A DNA stretch of 64,000 nucleotides from Methyloceanibacter sp. (GCA_040901485.1 JBBDYM010000038.1:17491-81490); one strand, 5' to 3'. Numbered from the stretch's first letter, positions 10,232 through 20,314 are shown. Numbers and translations are program-made. The notes: generated by a model from the sequence alone, not told the origin.

Positions 10232-10450
10232 TTAGGTCAGGGTGATGACGGCCACGAAGCCCAAGAGAACGGCGGCAGTGGCCGGTATGGCCCAAACGGC
10301 GAGAGGCAGCTCGCGCTGCACCTTGGCCGCCATATCACGCTGAGCGCCAGCGGCCGAGATCAGCGCCGCGGCATGCTTCGCGTGCCATTTTGGACCTGGC
10401 CCGCGCATATAGTGCCGCTCTGGCCGATAAGGATCGCGAAATTTTCCCAC
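10232..10450 (-). CDS. Small conserved alphaproteobacterial hypothetical protein with a C-terminal TM helix
   Basis: DPYRPERHYMRGPGPKWHAKH motif recognisable from small Rhizobiales hypothetical proteins; GTG start after GAGGGAG. Confidence 0.65.
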   Translation of the reverse strand: MGKFRDPYRPERHYMRGPGPKWHAKHAAALISAAGAQRDMAAKVQRELPLAVWAIPATAAVLLGFVAVITLT

Positions 10451-10620
10451 TTCACTCCCTCTCTACAGGAAGCCCCGAAGCGTCAAGACTACGCGCCCAT
10501 ATGTTGCAAATCGGTATAAGACCGTGACGGAAACAAGGTCTTTTTTGGCATTGCCAAATCTTCATCCGGAGTAGAGGTGACCCCTTGCGTCTCTCCGGCA
10601 AGGGTGGAACAAGGCGCCCC

Positions 10621-12666
10621 ATGCAAAGCCAATGGAACGACGAAGCCGCGCGGGAGGCGGTCAAGGCCTACGCCAAGGACGGCGTGGGCGAGGACGTGGC
10701 GCTCAGGGTCTACACCACGCGCCTGCTCGGCCGCGACCCGCTGCTCGTGCTGCATGGCGGCGGCAACACCTCGGTCAAGACGCGGGCCCGCGACGATCTC
10801 GGCCAGGAGCATGAGGTCATTTGCGTCAAGGGCTCGGGCGCCGATATGGCCGATATCGAGCCGTGGGGCTTGCCTGCGGTGAAGCTTGCCCCCTTAAGGG
10901 AATTGCGCGCGCTTGAGGCCCTGTCCGACGAGGCCATGGTCAATGTGCAGCGGTTGAACCTGCTCGATTCCGCCGCGCCCAACCCTTCGGTCGAGACGCT
11001 GTTGCATGCCTTCCTGCCACATAAATTCGTTGATCATACGCATGCCGCCGCCGTTCTTTCGATCGTCGATCAGCCGGATGGCGAGGTCCTTGCGGGCGAG
11101 ATCTATGACGGGCGGATGGGGCTAGTGCCCTATATCGCGCCGGGCTTCGGGCTGGCCAAAGCCGCCGCCGCCGTATTCGAGCAGAAGCCGGACATCGAAG
11201 GGCTGATCCTGCACAAGCACGGCATCTTCACCTTCGGGGAGACGGCGCGCGAGGCCTATGAGCGCATGATCGAAATGGTGTCGCTGGCCGAGAGCCGCTT
11301 GCGCCAGGGCCGGCCCGTGGTGTTCCCGGCGCGGAAAATCGCGAGCGCTGTGGCGGCGGCGGCTGAGATCGCGCCAGTCATTCGCGGCGCCTGCGCCATT
11401 CGCAAGGAAAATGCGGAGCCTGTCCGTTTCATCGCAGACTTTCGCACCGCGCCTGAGATTCTCGCTTATGTGAACGGGCAGGAACTCGCTTCCTTCAGCC
11501 AACGCGGCGTGGTGACGCCCGATCACATCATCCGCACCAAGAACAAGCCGCTGGTGGTTCCGCCGCCGGAAGAAGGCAAGCTCGATACGTTCGCCGATGC
11601 GCTACGCGCAGAAATCGCCAAATTCGTCGCCGATTACGACGCCTATTTCGCCCGCGAGAATAAGGCCGCCGGCAACACCAAGACCAAGCTCGATCCCATG
11701 CCGCGCGTGGTGCTGGTGCCGGGCGTCGGCCTGTTCGGGCTTGGGCGCACGGCGAAGGATGCCGCCATTGCCGCCGACCTCGCCGAGAACACGGTCAAGG
11801 TGGTCACCGACGCCGAGGCCATCGGCCGCTACGAGCCGCTGCCCGAGAGCGATCTCTTCGCGCTGGAATATTGGAGTCTCGAACAGGCCAAGCTCAAAGG
11901 CGCGGTGGTCAAGCCGCTGACTGGCCAGATCGCCGTGGTGACGGGCGCCGGGGCTATTGGCGCGGCCACGGCGAAGGCGCTTGCCGCCGATGGCGCCGCC
12001 GTGGCCATACTCGACATCGACGGCGATCTGGCAAAGAAAGCAGCGGCCGAGGTCAAAGGCCTCGGCATGCAATGCGACGTGACCAAGCCTGAGCAGGTGA
12101 AGGCTGCCTTTGCCGCGGTGTGCGAACATTTTGGCGGCGTCGATATTCTTGTGTCGAACGCCGGCGCAGCCTGGCAGGGCCGCATCGGCGAGGTGTCGGA
12201 CGAGACCCTGCGCCAAAGCTTCGAGCTCAATTTCTTTGCCCACCAGACGGTGGCGCAGGAAGCGGTGCGCATCATGCTGAAGCAGGGCACGGGCGGCGTG
12301 CTGCTGTTCAATCTCTCCAAGCAGGCGGTGAATCCCGGCGCCAATTTCGGGCCTTACGGATTGCCCAAGGCCGCGACCATGCTGCTCATGCGCCAATACG
12401 CGCTCGACTACGGTGCCGACGGCATCCGCTCCAACGGCGTCAACGCCGACCGCGTCAGGAGCGGGCTCTTGACCGGCGATATGATCGCGGCGCGGGCCAA
12501 GGCGCGCGGCGTGTCCGAGGCCGACTATATGAGCGGCAATCTGCTGCACGCTGAGGTCACCGCCGACGACGTAGCCCAGGCCTTCGTGGCGCTCGCCAAG
12601 GCGCGCAAAACCACGGGCCATATCGAGACGGTCGACGGCGGCAATATCGCCGCGGCGCTGCGCTAA
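10621..12666 (+). CDS. Bifunctional class II aldolase / short-chain dehydrogenase (RhaEW/YuxG-like architecture)
   Basis: N-terminal HGGGNTSVK, PSVETLLHA, DHTHA and HKHG; linker EYWSLEQAKL; C-terminal SDR with VVTGAGAIG, SNAG, YGLPK and VDGGN. Confidence 0.9.
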   Translation: MQSQWNDEAAREAVKAYAKDGVGEDVALRVYTTRLLGRDPLLVLHGGGNTSVKTRARDDLGQEHEVICVKGSGADMADIEPWGLPAVKLAPLRELRALEALSDEAMVNVQRLNLLDSAAPNPSVETLLHAFLPHKFVDHTHAAAVLSIVDQPDGEVLAGEIYDGRMGLVPYIAPGFGLAKAAAAVFEQKPDIEGLILHKHGIFTFGETAREAYERMIEMVSLAESRLRQGRPVVFPARKIASAVAAAAEIAPVIRGACAIRKENAEPVRFIADFRTAPEILAYVNGQELASFSQRGVVTPDHIIRTKNKPLVVPPPEEGKLDTFADALRAEIAKFVADYDAYFARENKAAGNTKTKLDPMPRVVLVPGVGLFGLGRTAKDAAIAADLAENTVKVVTDAEAIGRYEPLPESDLFALEYWSLEQAKLKGAVVKPLTGQIAVVTGAGAIGAATAKALAADGAAVAILDIDGDLAKKAAAEVKGLGMQCDVTKPEQVKAAFAAVCEHFGGVDILVSNAGAAWQGRIGEVSDETLRQSFELNFFAHQTVAQEAVRIMLKQGTGGVLLFNLSKQAVNPGANFGPYGLPKAATMLLMRQYALDYGADGIRSNGVNADRVRSGLLTGDMIAARAKARGVSEADYMSGNLLHAEVTADDVAQAFVALAKARKTTGHIETVDGGNIAAALR

Positions 12667-13439
12667 CCAGAACTGGTTACGTGTTGAGGATTGCCGTTCG
12701 TTGCCTCTGGAGGAAGAATCACGACGCAAACCTGCGTGCCGCGGGGGACAAAGCTGTCATAGCGATAGTTCAGGCCACGGGCTGCGACGACCTCCTGGAA
12801 GGCCTTGAACTCGTCTTGCTGCCAGGCAGGGTAGTTAAAGTATTCGTCGAACAGGATCACCGTACCCGGCTCGAGCCGCGGCCCCAGATGGTCGAATACG
12901 CATTTCGTAGAGCTATAGAGATCGCAATCGATGTGCAGAAACGAGATCGGCTCGGGCCTCTCCCCCAGAAAGCGCGGGAGGGTGTCGGCAAACAGGCCTT
13001 CGACGAGAACGACGTTGCTTGGGACCTTTGGCGGTTCGGTGGCAAAACGTCCCTTCGGGTAGAGAGCATTCCAATCCTCCGGCAGGCCATCAAAAGAATC
13101 GAATCCATAGACCGTTCCAGGATGTAGATCAGCTATCCACCGGATCGATTCGCCGCCCGCTACACCGAATTCGAGGAACAGACCCTGCGGCTGGGCAAGC
13201 TCAATGGCATGGCGTAAAAGTCGATAACGCCCCGAGAAGGCCTGCGCCATCAGCATACGCTCTTCGTAATAGGTGGCGCTTTCCAGCCCGGCTTTGATGG
13301 CCGCGGCCTTGATGACGTCGAACCGTCCACCCCTCATCCAACTGCCCGCGGTCTTTAGAACGGGATCCCGCCCTTCGGTCGTCACGCGGGCCGCCCGCAG
13401 CGCAAACCTGTCGAATTGCCGTTGAAGAAACTGTTTCAT
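12663..13439 (-). CDS. TylF/MycF-like class I SAM-dependent O-methyltransferase
   Basis: LEFGVAGG, YGFDSFDGLPEDW, GLFADTLP, LHIDCDLYSST and FDEYFNYP. ATG at 13439 preferred. Confidence 0.85.
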   Translation of the reverse strand: MKQFLQRQFDRFALRAARVTTEGRDPVLKTAGSWMRGGRFDVIKAAAIKAGLESATYYEERMLMAQAFSGRYRLLRHAIELAQPQGLFLEFGVAGGESIRWIADLHPGTVYGFDSFDGLPEDWNALYPKGRFATEPPKVPSNVVLVEGLFADTLPRFLGERPEPISFLHIDCDLYSSTKCVFDHLGPRLEPGTVILFDEYFNYPAWQQDEFKAFQEVVAARGLNYRYDSFVPRGTQVCVVILPPEATNGNPQHVTSSG

Positions 13440-13582
13440 CCGATCCTCATAGCCGGTTTCCCGCTGGTCGGCACGACACCGATCAGGGGGCGGATGCAAA
13501 GTCAAGGCGGTTGACGGGGCCGGGCGGTGCGGCGAAGCTCTGCGGCTCCATCCTCATTTAGCTTCTTAAGGGAGGACAGCGC

Positions 13583-14293
13583 TTGGGCCGCATCTTACGT
13601 ACTTTTCTCGCTGGCGTTCTTGCCCTTCTGCCCATCGCCGTCACGGTGTTCGTGACCGCGTGGGTCGCTACGCTGATTGCCAGCTATGCGGGCCCCGGCA
13701 GCTTTGTCGGGCGTTTCATCACCACGCTCGGACGGATCGTCGGCCTGCAAATTACGCCGAGCTCGACCTCCGCCTATTTCCTCGGGCTCGCCATCATCCT
13801 CGGCGGCATCTTCGTGCTCGGCCTGCTCGTCGAGTCGGGACTGCGGTCGTGGATCTCGAACAGCTTCGATTGGCTGATGTCGCGCATCCCGCTCATCTCC
13901 AATGTCTACGATTTGTCGAAGCGCTTCGTGGCCATCGTCGATCGCGGCGACAAGGACAGCCTCAAGAGCATGCAGCCGGTGTGGTGCTTCTTCGGCGGCG
14001 AGGGGAGCGCCGCGGTTCTTGCGCTGATGCCGTCGCCCGAGCCGGTCATGATCGGCGAACGTAAATATATCGCCGTGCTCGTCCCCTCGGCGCCAGTGCC
14101 GTTCGGCGGCGCGCTGATCTATGTGCCGGCGGAATGGATCAAGCCGGCGGAGGGCGGCGTCGAGCGGCTGATGAATGTCTATGTGTCGATGGGGGTGACC
14201 CCGCCCATTGCGAGGCCAACGACCATCGAGGGACACGCCGAGCCGTCAGCGGAAATCAAGATGGCTTCATCCAAATCGCCGAAGGCGAAATAA
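13583..14293 (+). CDS. DUF502-family membrane protein
   Basis: FLAGVLALLPIAVT, RIPLISNVY and VLVPSAPVPFGG patterns; two TM helices. Confidence 0.8.
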   Translation: MGRILRTFLAGVLALLPIAVTVFVTAWVATLIASYAGPGSFVGRFITTLGRIVGLQITPSSTSAYFLGLAIILGGIFVLGLLVESGLRSWISNSFDWLMSRIPLISNVYDLSKRFVAIVDRGDKDSLKSMQPVWCFFGGEGSAAVLALMPSPEPVMIGERKYIAVLVPSAPVPFGGALIYVPAEWIKPAEGGVERLMNVYVSMGVTPPIARPTTIEGHAEPSAEIKMASSKSPKAK

Positions 14294-14298
14294 ACCGC

Positions 14299-15396
14299 TC
14301 AATTAGCGAAGCGGAAATGCAGGACGTCGCCATCCTTCACCACATAGTCCTTGCCTTCGAGCCTGAGCTTGCCCGCGTCGCGCGCGCCGGCTTCGCCGGC
14401 CAGTGCCACATAGTCATCGAAAGCGATGGTCTCGGCGCGGATGAAGCCCTTCTCGAAATCGGTGTGGATCACGCCCGCGGCTTGCGGCGCGCGGGTGCCT
14501 TCGGGCACGGTCCAGGCGCGCGCCTCCTTCGGCCCGGCGGTGAAATAAGTGATTAATTCCAATAGTTTATAGCCTTCACGGATGAGCTGGTTGAGGCCCG
14601 GTTCGGCCAGTCCAAGCTCGGCGAGATAGGCTTGGCGCTCGGCTTCGGAAAGCTCGGCGAGCTCCGCCTCGATCTTGGCCGAGATGACGACGCAGCCCGC
14701 GCCTTCCGCACGTGCCCGTGCCTCGACGAGAGCGGAATAAGCATTGCCGGTGGTAGCAGAAGTCTCATCCACATTGCACACATAGAGCACGGGCTTGGAG
14801 GTGAGCAGGCCGAGCGCCTTGAACGCGGCCTGCTCGTCGTCCTCAATTTCGGCGAGCCGCGCGGGTTTCCCTTCGCGCAACAGCGGGAGAATACGCTCGA
14901 TCAGCTCGAGCGTTTTTTTCGCTTCCTTGTCCTGGCCGCGAATTTTCTTCTCCAGGATCGGCAGACGCCGCTCCAAACTGTCGAGATCGGCGAGCATCAG
15001 CTCGGTCTCGATGGTCTCGGCGTCGGCGATGGGATCGATGCGTCCCTCGACATGGATCACGTCAGCATCCTCGAAGCAGCGCAGCACATAGGCGACGGCA
15101 TCGACCTCGCGGATATGTGCGAGAAACTGGTTGCCCAACCCTTCGCCCTTGGAGGCGCCGCGCACCAGCCCGGCGATGTCCACGAAGGTCAGCCGCGTGG
15201 GCGTCACCAGAGCCGATTTGGCGATGGCGGCCACCTCGTCAAGACGCGGGTCGGGCACCGGCACGTCGCCGACATTCGGCTCGACGGTGCAAAAGGGATA
15301 GTTGGCGGCTTGGGCCGCGGCGCTCTGCGTCAGCGCGTTGAAGAGGGTGGACTTGCCGACATTGGGCAGCCCGACGATGCCGCATTTGAAGCCCAT
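14299..15396 (-). CDS. ychF: Redox-regulated ATPase YchF
   Basis: MGFKCGIVGLPNVGKSTLFNALT, ANYPFCT, DIAGLV and LEGKDYVVKDGD; true start at 15396. Confidence 0.97.
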   Translation of the reverse strand: MGFKCGIVGLPNVGKSTLFNALTQSAAAQAANYPFCTVEPNVGDVPVPDPRLDEVAAIAKSALVTPTRLTFVDIAGLVRGASKGEGLGNQFLAHIREVDAVAYVLRCFEDADVIHVEGRIDPIADAETIETELMLADLDSLERRLPILEKKIRGQDKEAKKTLELIERILPLLREGKPARLAEIEDDEQAAFKALGLLTSKPVLYVCNVDETSATTGNAYSALVEARARAEGAGCVVISAKIEAELAELSEAERQAYLAELGLAEPGLNQLIREGYKLLELITYFTAGPKEARAWTVPEGTRAPQAAGVIHTDFEKGFIRAETIAFDDYVALAGEAGARDAGKLRLEGKDYVVKDGDVLHFRFAN

Positions 15397-15409
15397 GGCT
15401 AGGAAACCA

Positions 15410-16120
15410 TCACGAGCCGAGCCAGCGGCGCAACATGCCGGCGAGCGATCCATTGTGCTCGGGAACTTCGTCCGGCCTATCGGCCGAAATCTGCTTGCGG
15501 CGTGACGCAGGCTTGGCGCGCGGCGCCTGCTCCTCACTCTCCGCCGCTTCCTCGGATTGCAGGCGATGCGCCACGAGCGATTGGAACTTGTCATAGGCGC
15601 CGTCGGCGAGGTGAGGGGCCTCCGCGGCGATGGCGCCGAGCAGCGGCTCGAGCCAGGCATGGTCGGCCTTGGCGAAATCATGCAGCACATAGCCGCTCAC
15701 CAGGTCCTTGTGTCCCGGATGGCCGATGCCGATGCGCACGCGCGCATAATCGTTGCCGATATGGGCAGAGAGCGATTTCAGCCCGTTATGGCCAGCCACG
15801 CCGCCACCGGTCTTGACCCGCACCTTGCCGGGCGCGAGATCGATCTCGTCGTGGAACACTACGACATCGCCGAGATCGAGCTTGTAGAAGCGAAATGCCT
15901 CGCCCACCGCGCGACCCGATTCGTTCATGAAAGTTTGCGGCTTCAGCAGCAGGACCTGCTCGCGCCCAAGCTTGCCTTCAATGGTAAGGCTCGAGAAGCG
16001 CTTGCGCCATGCGGGGAAATCATGGGCGGAAGCGATGGCATCGGCCGCCATGAAGCCCACATTGTGACGGTTGAAGGCATAGTGCGCCCCGGTATTGCCG
16101 AGGCCGACAAAGAGCTTCAT
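15410..16120 (-). CDS. pth: Peptidyl-tRNA hydrolase
   Basis: VGLGN, RHNVGF, KPQTFMNESG, HDEID and GHNGLKS. Confidence 0.96.
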   Translation of the reverse strand: MKLFVGLGNTGAHYAFNRHNVGFMAADAIASAHDFPAWRKRFSSLTIEGKLGREQVLLLKPQTFMNESGRAVGEAFRFYKLDLGDVVVFHDEIDLAPGKVRVKTGGGVAGHNGLKSLSAHIGNDYARVRIGIGHPGHKDLVSGYVLHDFAKADHAWLEPLLGAIAAEAPHLADGAYDKFQSLVAHRLQSEEAAESEEQAPRAKPASRRKQISADRPDEVPEHNGSLAGMLRRWLGS

Positions 16121-16206
16121 CGCGTCATCCTGATCGAAGGCTGAAGCACGCGCGAAACCGCGTGCCGGAGCGGAGGAACTTGGCCCGAGGGACTAATCCC
16201 GAGAGA

Positions 16207-16914
16207 CTAGTCCTTCTTCTTCTCCTTCTCGCGCTCCTTCGGCTTGTCCTTGTCCTCGCCAGCCTCGGCGCCCGCCTCGGCAGCGACCTCGCCCTCGGCG
16301 CCAGGCTCGGCAACCTCGGCCGTCACGGCGCCAGGCACGGGCTCTTCCGCGGCGCGTCCGACGATGGTGGCCACGGTGAAGTCGCGCTCGGTGATGGTTG
16401 GGCGCACGTTCTCAGGCAAGGCGATCGCCGAAATGTGCACGGAGTCGCCGATCTCGAGGCCGGTCAGATCAACGTCGAAATGATCGGGGATGGCATCGGC
16501 CGGGCAGCGCACCGGAATCTCGTGGCGCACGATGTTGAGCACGCCGCCGCGCTTCAGGCCGGGAGACGCCGCCTCGTTGAGGAAGTGCACCGGCACCTCG
16601 ACGGTGACCAGCGCGTCCTTGGCGAGACGCAGGAAATCGACATGGATGGGGAAATCGCGCACCGGATCGAGCTGCACGTCGCGGGGGATCACCCGAATCT
16701 TGGTGCCCTCGACGTCGAGCACGAATACCGTGCTGCGGAAATGCCCGGTATGGAGCTGCTGGGTGATGGCGCGATAATCCACCGCGATCGACTGCGGCTC
16801 CTGCTTGTCGCCGTAAAGGATGCCGGGAATACGGCCCCCGCGGCGGACCGAGCGCGCGCCACCCTTGCCGCTGTGCTGCCTTGCCCAAGCCTTGAGTTCC
16901 ATCGCCTCTGCCAT
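16207..16914 (-). CDS. rplY: 50S ribosomal protein L25 / general stress protein Ctc
   Basis: GKGGARSVRRGGRIPGILYG, DVQLDPV, HVDF and GLKRGG; acidic tail. Confidence 0.96.
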   Translation of the reverse strand: MAEAMELKAWARQHSGKGGARSVRRGGRIPGILYGDKQEPQSIAVDYRAITQQLHTGHFRSTVFVLDVEGTKIRVIPRDVQLDPVRDFPIHVDFLRLAKDALVTVEVPVHFLNEAASPGLKRGGVLNIVRHEIPVRCPADAIPDHFDVDLTGLEIGDSVHISAIALPENVRPTITERDFTVATIVGRAAEEPVPGAVTAEVAEPGAEGEVAAEAGAEAGEDKDKPKEREKEKKKD

Positions 16915-17046
16915 GACCGCCTCCGAAGCCGGAAAAAATGTAAGGGCCCCAAGGCCCTAGATCGACCGGGGCGGGGAGCCTCCGGGATCAAATCGAGGGG
17001 GCTTATAACCCTGCCGGAAAGCAAAGACAATCCGCTCTGGGCAGTC

Positions 17047-18075
17047 TCATAGCCCCGCTTTGATGGCGGCTGGGTCCAGGCGCGGCGAGCCTTTGACCGC
17101 CGCTTCCGCCTCCTTGATGCAGTTCATGACCCGGCGGGCCAGGGGGGCCTGAAGCCCATGTTGCTCGGCCAGCCTGACGATCTCCCCTTGGATGTAGTCG
17201 ATCTCAGTTGGGCGGCGCGCTTCGAGGTCCTCCCACATGGAGGAGCGGGCAGAAGGATCGACCGCGAGCATGCGCCGCGCCACCAGCCCGAACACCGGGT
17301 CGCGCAGGCGGAGGGCAAAGGCGATCAGCCGGGGCGATACGCCTTCGATGCGCGCGGGGTAGATGCCGGCCGCCCGCAACGCGGCGAGACCTTCGTGCAT
17401 TTGCCGGCGCAGCAAAAGACGCCAGCGCCGATCGCCAAGCTCTTTGGCGAGCGGCAGATCGGAGAGAGCGTTGAGTGCATTGTTGAGGTTGACGAGAAGC
17501 TTGCTCCACAAGAGAGCGTCGATGTCGGCATGCTCGGCGAAGGGCGCGCCGGGAACGTAGAGCAGGCCGCGCAATCCTTCGACGCCGTGGCCGATCTGGA
17601 TCGTGCCGCTGCTCGCGCGGTGAAAGCGCGGCGCTTCTCTATCTTTGCGAGTCTGGACCACGTTGAACGGGATCATTCCGGCCATCACGCGCCTCGGTCC
17701 AAGAATCTTGCCAAGCACGGCGGCATTGTTGACGCCGTTCTGCAGGCTCAGCACCACCGCGCCTTCCGGCGCATACCTGGCGATCAATTCGGCAATCTCT
17801 CGCGTGTGTCGGCATTTCACCGTGACCAGCACCACATCCGCCGCGCCGAATGCCGTCGCCGGATCGGTCGCGAGCTTGAGCGAGGACGGCTGCACGATCT
17901 CATCGCCGCCGCTAAGATCGGAGACGCGCAAACCATGGCGAGAGATCGCCTCGGCAAGGGGCTCGCGCAACAAGAGCGTGACATTTCGTCCGGCTGCGGC
18001 CAGGCAGCCGCCGATATAGCAGCCGATACTGCCCGCGCCGGCGATCACGATGCGGGAATCGAGGTTAACGGCCAT
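17047..18075 (-). CDS. panE: 2-dehydropantoate 2-reductase (ApbA/PanE family)
   Basis: IAGAGSIG, VTVK, SLQNG, WSKLLVNLNN, SSMWEDL and TEIDYIQG. Confidence 0.8.
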   Translation of the reverse strand: MAVNLDSRIVIAGAGSIGCYIGGCLAAAGRNVTLLLREPLAEAISRHGLRVSDLSGGDEIVQPSSLKLATDPATAFGAADVVLVTVKCRHTREIAELIARYAPEGAVVLSLQNGVNNAAVLGKILGPRRVMAGMIPFNVVQTRKDREAPRFHRASSGTIQIGHGVEGLRGLLYVPGAPFAEHADIDALLWSKLLVNLNNALNALSDLPLAKELGDRRWRLLLRRQMHEGLAALRAAGIYPARIEGVSPRLIAFALRLRDPVFGLVARRMLAVDPSARSSMWEDLEARRPTEIDYIQGEIVRLAEQHGLQAPLARRVMNCIKEAEAAVKGSPRLDPAAIKAGL

Positions 18076-18214
18076 GTTCAACGATTGTTGCGGTGTGGGG
18101 TTGGTTTTCGTAGGCGGAAGCGATAGTAACGTCCGCGGTCGGGGGTGCGTCAAACCTCAATATTTTGGCAGCGCCGTTGACACGCACACTCCAACGGGCT
18201 CGGATACGTAAACA

Positions 18215-19441
18215 ATGGATGACATCACTGGCCGCCAGGACATCGACGCCAGCTTCAAACCCCGCCCATCGGACATTGACCACGAATTCAAGATCGCGCC
18301 GCTTGTCTGGCATCTCGGCAACCTGAAGGACGCCGCCAGGCGCAGGCTTCCGCGCGGCATTTTCGACTTTATCGAAGGTGGCTCCTACGATGAAGACACG
18401 CTGCGCGCCAACACAGCCGACCTTAGTGCATTACGGCTCAGGCAGCGCGTGCTGGTGAGCACGCCTACGCGCAATCAGCATACGACGATCCTCGGACAGC
18501 GGGCGAGCATGCCGGCGGCAATAGCGCCGATCGGTCTTACCGGGGTCATTTATCCGCGCGGCGAGATCCATGCGGCAAAGGCGGCACAAGTTTTCGGCGT
18601 GCCGTTTAGCCTCAGCACCTTGTCGACCTGCTCGATCGAGGAAGTTGCGGCTGCGGCGCCTGCTCCGTTCTTCTTTCAGCTTTATATGTTCAAGGATCGT
18701 GCGGTGAACGCGACCTTGCTTCAACGGGCAGAACAGGCAGGGTGCTCGGCGCTCATAGTGACCGTCGACACGGTGGTGCATCCGCGCCGCAACCGGGACC
18801 TCGATAACGGCATGACCGTGCCGTTGAAGATTCGGCCCCGCAACATCATGAGGATACTTGCCAGACCGCGCTGGCTGGCCAATTGGCTGCGCCACCGGCC
18901 GACGCTGGCCAATCTCACGATGTTCGTGCCGGGCGGCTCCGATTTGGGGACAGTGTCGTTATGGGCCGAGCGCAACTATAAGGGCGCCGTCGGCGTCACC
19001 GATCTCGAATGGGTGCGCCAGAACTGGCCACGGAAATTAGTGGTCAAGGGCGTTCTCGATCCCGAGGACGCCAAACTTGCCATCAAGCTCGGCGCCGACG
19101 CTGTCGTGGTCTCCAATCACGGAGGGCGCCAGCTCGACGGCGCTACTACGACGGCGAGGGCCTTTCCCGCCATTCGCGATGCCGTCGGCGACGATGCCGA
19201 GCTGTTGTTCGACAGTGGCGTTCGCTCGGGTCTCGACATGCTGAAGGTTCTTGGCCTCGGCGCCAAAGGCTGCTTGCTCGGCCGCCCCGTCGTCTATGGC
19301 CTTGCCGCGCATGGCGAGGCCGGCGTGACCGCCGCGCTTCGGTTGATCGCGCAGGATCTCGACCAGGGCATGGCGCTCACCGGTGTCGACGATGTGAACA
19401 ACCTGCCGCCGGGCCTAGTGATCGAGCCCACGCGCGCTTAA
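18215..19441 (+). CDS. FMN-dependent alpha-hydroxy acid dehydrogenase (LldD-like)
   Basis: [33 protein letters not shown] and GRP motifs. Confidence 0.9.
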   Translation: MDDITGRQDIDASFKPRPSDIDHEFKIAPLVWHLGNLKDAARRRLPRGIFDFIEGGSYDEDTLRANTADLSALRLRQRVLVSTPTRNQHTTILGQRASMPAAIAPIGLTGVIYPRGEIHAAKAAQVFGVPFSLSTLSTCSIEEVAAAAPAPFFFQLYMFKDRAVNATLLQRAEQAGCSALIVTVDTVVHPRRNRDLDNGMTVPLKIRPRNIMRILARPRWLANWLRHRPTLANLTMFVPGGSDLGTVSLWAERNYKGAVGVTDLEWVRQNWPRKLVVKGVLDPEDAKLAIKLGADAVVVSNHGGRQLDGATTTARAFPAIRDAVGDDAELLFDSGVRSGLDMLKVLGLGAKGCLLGRPVVYGLAAHGEAGVTAALRLIAQDLDQGMALTGVDDVNNLPPGLVIEPTRA

Positions 19442-19872
19442 GTCCGCCAGGGGTGAGCCGGCAGCTCACTGACGCCGAGGACCTTGACCCCCGCTTCCGC
19501 GACCTTGTGGTCATTCTCCACCGAGCTGCCGCTGACGCCGATGGCGCCGACCAGCACACCGTCCTCATCGACGATGGGCAAGCCGCCGGGGAAGGTGATC
19601 AGCCCGTCATTGGAATGCTCGATGCCGTAGAGCGGCTTGGCGGGCTGCGACAGCTTGCCGAGCTCGCCGGTCGCCATGCCGAAGAAGCACGCGGTCTTCG
19701 CCTTCTTGATGGCGATGTCGATCGAGCCGACCCAGGCGTCGTCCATGCGTATGAAAGCCTTGAGGTTCGCCCCGGAATCGACCACGGCGATACACATCTG
19801 CGTCTTCAGCGCGATGGCCTTCTTGCGCGCGGCTTCGATTGCTTTCTCGGCATTTTTCAAATTGACGTGCAT
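19438..19872 (-). CDS. GlcG/HbpS family heme-binding protein
   Basis: [27 protein letters not shown] and GAIGVSG; ATG at 19872. Confidence 0.88.
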   Translation of the reverse strand: MHVNLKNAEKAIEAARKKAIALKTQMCIAVVDSGANLKAFIRMDDAWVGSIDIAIKKAKTACFFGMATGELGKLSQPAKPLYGIEHSNDGLITFPGGLPIVDEDGVLVGAIGVSGSSVENDHKVAEAGVKVLGVSELPAHPWRT

Positions 19873-20045
19873 GGATCGGGTCTCCTGGGTCAGGGTCGTG
19901 AAGGTTGGGCCCCGGCGTTGGGGCGACGGATTAACGCACGAAGGCACGATTCGTGGCGAAGGCCAGACAAATGCCCGCGCTTTCGGCGTAGAGTGGTCCA
20001 CCGGCGGCAATGTCGCCGGCCCAAAAAAGTTGAAGGAGAAACAAA

Positions 20046-20261
20046 ATGCCCCAGAGCACTTACAAGGTCATTGAGCTGATCGGCACCAGCACAAAGTCCT
20101 GGGAAGATGCCGCCAAGGCGGCAGTCGAACGCGCCGCCCAACATTTGCGCGAGCTGCGCGTGGCGGAGGTCGTGGAGCAGGACATGATCATAACCGACGG
20201 CAAGGTCGAGGCCTACCGCACCAAGATCAAAGTCTCCTTCAAATATGAGGAGCATAACTAG
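20046..20261 (+). CDS. Dodecin family flavin-binding protein
   Basis: [22 protein letters not shown]...[12 protein letters not shown]; AAGGAG RBS. Confidence 0.92.
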   Translation: MPQSTYKVIELIGTSTKSWEDAAKAAVERAAQHLRELRVAEVVEQDMIITDGKVEAYRTKIKVSFKYEEHN

Positions 20262-20314
20262 CTTTGGGCAGGACTAGTTTTTCGGCAGGACGGCTCAAGC
20301 GCGGCGTATTCGCT

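Noticed and set aside
14299-15690. N-terminally extended track ORFs for YchF, Lgt (to 25568), ProC (from 25958), the TetR-like protein (from 26884) and MoaD (to 45358)
   Set aside because: The extensions overlap neighbouring genes; the conserved N-termini start at the internal ATGs reported.
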